This document shows positions 38,735-64,000 of a stretch of 64,000 nucleotides of DNA, one piece after another. The translations under genes and the position numbers were made by a program. Below the pieces are notes generated by a model, which saw only the letters and a program-made list of their open reading frames with translations, did no database searches and was not told where the DNA came from. Numbering within the stretch: position 1 is the first letter of the stretch; the number at the start of each line of letters is the position of its first letter. Source of the DNA: Chrysomallon squamiferum (lineage: Eukaryota; Animalia; Mollusca); the NCBI GenBank assembly GCA_012295275.1, contig CM022677.1, positions 26,536,001 to 26,600,000 of the forward strand, given 5' to 3'.

Positions 38735-40442
38735 ACATACGTGTGTGTGTGTGATACATACTTGTAATACACGCACAGCTAATCCTGGATTAAAAATGTT
38801 ACCTGAAAAAGTATAATAACAAAAATATGTTTTGTGTATTTATGCACAGAGAAGGCTGGATAAAAAAGGTCAAAAAGAAAAAGTAAAATGATGTACTAAA
38901 AAAAGTGTAATAACTGTAACATATGTAGACAGTCCTGGATTAAAAATGTCCTCTGTATAATAACAAACACATCTGTACCATACAAACCAGTTTAATAAAA
39001 ATGAACAACTAAATATAATCCAAAGATTGCATTGTTTGATTTTAATGTTTTATATAAAATAACATAGACAAAGAAACAGGAAATAAAAGATAAATTTGCA
39101 TTATATTATCCCATGAAAATATGTAAGAACTGAACAAGCTATATTAAGCTATAACTTAATAAGATGATTTTATCAAAATTAAATATTTTTCTAACATAAT
39201 CTAGTATCCCAAAAACCCAGGAAATAACAACAAAAAAAAAAATATATATAAACTTATCCTATGAGTCATTCTTTTTTAACCAAACTTTAATATTGATATG
39301 GATGATTCAGCTTTTTCAGTTCCTTGTATTAGTCTAAAGTGTCAAATGACAAAAATGGTTAGTTAGATTGGTAAGATAAAATAACGATATACAGAAGATT
39401 CTCAAAATTTAATTGTTAATAAAATTGTTTATGAAATCAATAAAGATTTGCTTGTGTGTGGATAGGGTAAAAAAAATTTAAAAAACGATATGCACTGCCA
39501 ATTTGACAGATAGCATTCATGCAGAATGTTTTCTTATGATAGCAGATTCACAGACAAATATTTGGAAATATTTGTATTAACATTAGTTTTAAGGAATTTA
39601 AACTTTGAATATTTAAAGATTTGCTTACATTTTGCAAATTTGTATATTTAGAGGAATACTTATTTAGAACTTGTCAGATGAAACCTAGATGGGTTTTTTA
39701 GTGGGTTTTTGAGGAGGTTATTCTTAATTTTGGAAAATTATATATATACAAAAAAATATGGTTACCATCTAAATTAAAAGTTTTTGGGTTTTTATTTATT
39801 TTTTATTTATGTTATCAAAATTAATAAACTAATAAGATGTAAAATTATATTTACAGTTATCGTTTAGTTTAAAATATTTAAAATGATAAAATTTAATGTA
39901 CATAAAATATTTTAAATTGAATATGTAAAACATATATGTATAAAAAATCAAAAAAATCAGATAGCTAATTTATTCAGAAAACATGTTACATGTTAGAAAT
40001 AATAACTCTTATTTGTTCTTTGTGTTAGAGAATGGAAAAAATATCTTCTTTAAAATAAAAATAAAAATATTTACAATGTATTTATTAATGGTATGTAGAA
40101 AGGATTTCTGTATTTTATTGTTGTGTTTTTCTCTCCATGAAACATTTCCATCCAAACACACGCACACACAAAATATAACACACATATAAAAAACAATTCT
40201 ATGAGAATAATAGAGTCAGCTTTAGAAGTCACAAACAGATATATGTATATCTTTTTTATATACTCTACAAGATCACATAAAAGTTAATTTCACACAAAAA
40301 ATATTATACATAATATATTATAATATATAAATTTTGTATTAGGTGCACACAGACATACAATTTTTAAAACATAAACACTCTACCAGAACAGTCAACACCT
40401 GTATCTGTCATCCACACACAAACACGCTCACACACAGATATT

Positions 40443-41852
40443 TTAAGGCAGAGATACTCTGGCAAAACATCTGATTTCTGTATCGCACAGCTCAGTTTTG
40501 TAAGTTCTGAAGAGTCCTTTACAAACCAGCTTGTGATGCTCGAGTCTGTTATTTTGACAGGTTCTCCGATAGTACACCTCACGGATTCCAACTCCACACG
40601 TAACACTGCACTTCAAAACTCTAAGTCTTGTCCATGAACTCCATCCCAGAATAACTACAAAATAATAACACCAGCAGTAGTAACAATAATAATAAAACAA
40701 AAATAGCCCCAAAAATATAATCATTATATAATTGAAATATAAATTAATGAAGAAAAAAGAAAGAAATTTAACATTGATACCTTTCTCGAGATCACTTTCT
40801 GGTAATTCAGATTTTGTTTAATCTGGCTTAATAACAATTACAAAAATGGGGGTGATGATGATGATAACAATAATAAAAGTTTTATTCAAATTTGTACCTG
40901 GACAGTTAGGTTTACATGGCAGACTGACATTTTTTGTTATTTTTCCCAGACAGATGTGTCCATCATATCGAGGCTCTGGATTTGTGCAGGTTCTCTCAAA
41001 CGTCACCAAACTTCTGTTAGTTTTACACGAACATCTTCTGTCTCTCATTCTTATCCATGTACTCCAACCACCATCCACTGAAAACAGAAAACAAGATAAT
41101 AATAATACTCATCATAATAATAATTTTTATAATAGTTATAATAATAATACTCATAATAATAATAATTTTTATAATAGTTATAATAATCATCAACATCATC
41201 ATCATCATACCAGTAAAAATAAAAAAACATCAAGAAAGCCAATTTAATTGTATATTTTGAAAAATAATATTTTGAGTAATAATAATAATAACCATGTCAC
41301 AGCCACCACCATCACCAACAACAATAATAATATAATGATAGTAGCAGTAGTAGTAGTAATGATAATAATAATAATAATAATAACTCCATCACTACCACCA
41401 ACAACAACAATAACTGTAGTACTAGCAGTAGTAGTAGTAGTAGTATTAATAATAATACTAATAATAATAATAATTAATAATACCACCACAATCACCAACA
41501 AGAACAAGAACAACAACAACAATATTAAGACTATTTGTAATAATTTACCAGGACAGTGTACAAAGGTCTCGCAGTATATTGTCACCACTACTTTATAATG
41601 ACCTTTACACTGTATTCCTTGGTTTCTTATTACAGGCTTTTCACAGCTTCGTCTGTAGTGCATCTCTCGCAGGCCAATTCCACACGTCACACTACATTTA
41701 CCTATCTTCACTCGCGTCCAGCTCGTCCAGTCATCATCCTCATCACCTTTCAAATGAATAAATAAATAAATAACTTAAAAATAAATAATATTATAAATTT
41801 TTAATAATAAAACAAATAAATAAAATACAATAAAACTAATAAAAGTAGTAAG

Positions 41853-41906
<54 letters not shown>

Positions 41907-42102
41907 GTTTCAAAAGTAATTATTATTACCAAGTATTTTATCATGGGTCAGGGTTAAGGTTAGGGTTAGAGTTACCAAATGTTACCTTTAAAAAAATAAT
42001 ATGGATATTCTAAAGGCAGTAAGTAATAAGTTAAAAACACAAATGCAAACCACAGACTGCAAAAAATCTAAAAAGGATCATAATCCACTGAATAATCTTC
42101 AT
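40443..42102 (-). CDS. G7: putative secreted 3-TSR protein; exons 42102-42051, 41746-41549, 41077-40898, 40654-40443
   Basis: MKIIQWIMILFRFFAVCG leader; GDEDDDWTSW..CSVTCGIG; VDGGWSTW..CSCK; ILGWSSW..CSVTCGVG..CFARVSLP*; no TM exon found downstream. Confidence 0.7.
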
Positions 42103-42362
42103 GTTACCTGAAATGAACATGAAAAAATTTATATAAAAGTATAATTTTTATTGTATTAGCTATTATTTAATCTATTTATATATAGATTTGTTTAAAAAAA
42201 ATAAAATAATCAAAGAACATAAAACGAAAGAATGTAAAAATAAATAAAAACAAGAAAACAACACAAAAAGAAAACAAAAAATCAATTTTAATTAGGTAAT
42301 TAAAAAAATAAATTAAAAATTGTTCTTTATTTACTTTGAACATCATGTCAAGAGCCAATTAG

Positions 42363-42418
<56 letters not shown>

Positions 42419-43198
42419 TATTATTATTATTATTATTATTATTATGGTCACCTGATAAAATTAATTTTACTTTTACTTTGCAAATTATAAAACTTGATGA
42501 AAACTATTTTACTTTTCAGTCAACCAGCAGTATTATTTCTTCAAATTATTATTATTGTTGTATGTGTTGTAATTATGACAAAAAAGAACCACTCTAAATG
42601 CGGATGTTGACATTTTACTTGAAAGTTATTTTTGTAGTCAAATAAGCTCCATTCCACCTGCTATTCATCACATCGAACAGACTAAAAATGTAATATTAGT
42701 TGTATAATACTAAAATTATAAGGCAAATAAAATTACGGAAAAGAAATGAAAAGATAAAGCAGGACAAATGTTATTTTTTAATTGCTGTTATATTATTTTT
42801 ATTATTATATGCGTAGATTAGATTTGATTTCAATTATTATAAATTATTTGCTGTATCTTGGTTCTCAGCAAAAAGGAGACATATTGTGGTGTCAAATATG
42901 TTCACTGGAACCAGTCAAGTAAAGGGAGTCGGAAGTTGACGCAGATAAATATATATATATCTTTTTTTTACCCACTGAAATCAAATAATTTAAAGTTTTC
43001 CCATATTTTTTGCATTGTAAAGTGTTTAGTCAGATTCCTTAAACGTATTTATAGTTATTATTTTACTATCCTTTAGGTCTATTATAATTTTACATATTAT
43101 TATTTTTTAATTATTATTGTATATGAGGGTTAAATGTTTCAAAATAAATTAAAATTAAAAATAAATGTCAAATTAATAATAATAATAATAATAATAAT

Positions 43199-43237
<39 letters not shown>

Positions 43238-43489
43238 AACAATAATAAACAAAAAGAAATAATAAATACAAAAGAAATAAAAATACAAAGTCATGATTAA
43301 TGTTAACATAATTTTAGAGAAAAAAAAAGGAATTTATTTGAAGATAAAAATTTGTCAGCAAGAATTAATAATCAAAATCTCGTTTGGTTCCTAAATCAGT
43401 ATAAAATGTGTTAAGAGATTTATTTAGTTTGGTGTCTTTAAAAAACAAGCGCCCAGTTCTGCGAAAAATTGGTAAACATTTATTTAGCT

Positions 43490-43530
43490 TGACGTCATTA
43501 ACTCAGGTACTTTATTTATGGATGACGTCA
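43490..43530. promoter_or_regulatory. Twin CRE palindromes between divergent G7 and G8
   Basis: TGACGTCA at 43490-43497 and 43523-43530. Confidence 0.5.
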
Positions 43531-44192
43531 AGCGAATGCAAATAAAATGAAACCGGACCATTACTACGAAATGCAATATAACGTAATGTGGAAGAAAGAA
43601 AAAAGAAAAGGAAAACGTATTAAATTTGCTATATAAACTTGACAATTTATTTAAGAAATGAAATAGTACAAACTGAATGTAATATTATATTTCGATGACG
43701 AATTACTGGTTAAAACACGGTAAATTATTTTTTTCATAATTATTCACTTATCCTTGTTCAATATCAACGACACTCCGAATACCATAATGAATAATTAAAA
43801 AATAATAATATTTAACTATACTTATATATCCATAAACCTGATATAACTTACTGATATTCCGAATAATTTTAGCTGTACGTTTTTCATAATAATTATTTCA
43901 AGAACGTAGATAATTATGGTTTCTTTTTTTACAGACGTTACACGACGTACGGGAAAGGCCTGTGTACGTCGTTTGCGGGGTATTTATGCACGATTCAGAC
44001 GTTTCAAACTCCCATATTTAAAACAATAATATTAATGTAATAAAATAGAAACGCCCCTAATTCAAATACATTTTTTCAGACATGCTGAAAACAGACAAGT
44101 TACAAATGGTCCGTTACTGATGATAGACAACGTCAAGATGAGAAATAATATTTTTCTCATCTCATACACTTATCCAGACTTCGCATACTAAG

Positions 44193-62930
<18,738 letters not shown>

Positions 62931-63079
62931 GTATCACCTGCTTCTTTGTCTCTGTATCTGTGTGTTAGTGTGTATGTGTGTTTGTGTGTGTGTGTGAGTG
63001 TGGGTGGGTGAGTGTGTGTCTGTGCATCTGTATGTCTGTCTGTGTGTGTGTGTTTGTCTGTCTGTGTGTGTCTGTGTAT

Positions 63080-63114
<35 letters not shown>

Positions 63115-63587
63115 TATCTGTGAGTGTGTGTCTGTGTGTGAGTGTGTGTTTGTCTGTGTGTGTGTATGTCTGTGTATGAGTGTGTGTATGTCTGTGTGTG
63201 AGTGTGTCTGTGTGTGATGTGTCTGTGTGAGTGTGTGTGTGATCTGTGTATTTGTGTGTGAGTGTGTATGTATGTGTGTGAGTGTGTGTGTGTGAGTGTG
63301 TGTCTGTGTGTGTGTCTGTGTGAGTGGATGTCTGTGTGTGAGTGTGTGTGTGTGTCTATCTGTGTGTGTGTGTATCTGTGTGTGTGTGTATGTCTGTGTG
63401 TAAGTGTCTGAGTGGATGTCTGACTGTGTGTGAGTGTGTGTGTGTCTGTGTGGGTGTGTCTGTCTGTGGTTGTGTATTGTTGTCTGTGTATGCATGTTGT
63501 CTGTGAATGTAAGGTTAAAATCAGTGCCTGTTTATCTGTGTTTGGCTGTCTCAGTGTAAACTGCTGCTTTGTGTGTGTGTGTTTTAG

Positions 63588-63880
63588 TGTGTGTGGAGGC
63601 TGGGGTGCATGGATAAGAGGAACGTATGGGAAGTGCAGTGTGAGTGCATGCACCTCACTGTTTGTGTGGCTCAGTGTAAACTGATGTGTTATGATGTGTT
63701 TTAGTGAAAGGAGGCTGGGGTGCATGGATAAGAGGAACGTATGGGAAGTGCAGTGTGAGTGCATGCACCTCACTGTTTGTGTGGCTCAGTGTAAACTGAT
63801 GTGTTGTGATGTGTTTTAGTGAAAGGAGGCTGGGGTGCATGGATAAGAGGAACGTATGGGAAGTGCAGTGTGAGTGCCTG
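63588..63880 (+). pseudogene. Three tandem truncated copies (~115-bp period) of a TSR exon 5' end
   Basis: ttag|..GGWGAWIRGTYGKCSVS repeated at ~63588, 63705 and 63820, each breaking off after CSVS. Confidence 0.8.
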
Positions 63881-64000
63881 CACATCTGTGTTAACTACAT
63901 GCTAGTAAATAGAAATAGAAATTAACTTACATGCTGGTAAATAAATAGAAATTAACTACATGTAGAAATAGAAATTAACTACATGCTAGTAAACTGATGC

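Noticed and set aside
41929-41990. Degenerate TTAGGG-like units and a possible small G7 exon (LVTLTLTLTLTHDKIL)
   Set aside because: Only ~5 imperfect units; the exon reading needs a frameshift (in-phase frame hits TAA), though it weakly resembles the start of G8 exon 44906.
62965-63495. His/Thr-rich and Cys/Val-rich ORFs here and elsewhere
   Set aside because: Translations of (CA)n/(TG)n and other microsatellites.

Overview
AT-rich, microsatellite-rich eukaryotic genomic DNA with GT-AG spliceosomal introns (an invertebrate animal by appearance; the species cannot be determined here). Most ORF-track entries are exon fragments or simple-repeat artefacts. Manual splicing resolves a tandem cluster of eight thrombospondin type-1 repeat (TSR) genes built from symmetric phase 1-1 one-domain exons. 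G1-G6 are paralogous type-I membrane proteins: signal exon, 2-6 TSRs, an invariant 103-nt TM exon and a short tail (basic cluster-P-L-[LI]...[ED]NP[GA]L); G1 is 5'-truncated by the window edge. G7 (minus) is a putative secreted 3-TSR protein, head-to-head with G8 (plus), an array of at least 25 strongly basic TSR exons, nearly all exactly 192 nt. Also seen: a conserved splice-spanning micro-uORF with start-codon turnover in G2, shared CRE/RORE-like 5' motifs, repeated tandem duplication of splice sites, several 1-nt lesions (possibly assembly errors), a 57-bp minisatellite and a Tigger-like transposon remnant. Gene models are read by eye, with no transcript support.
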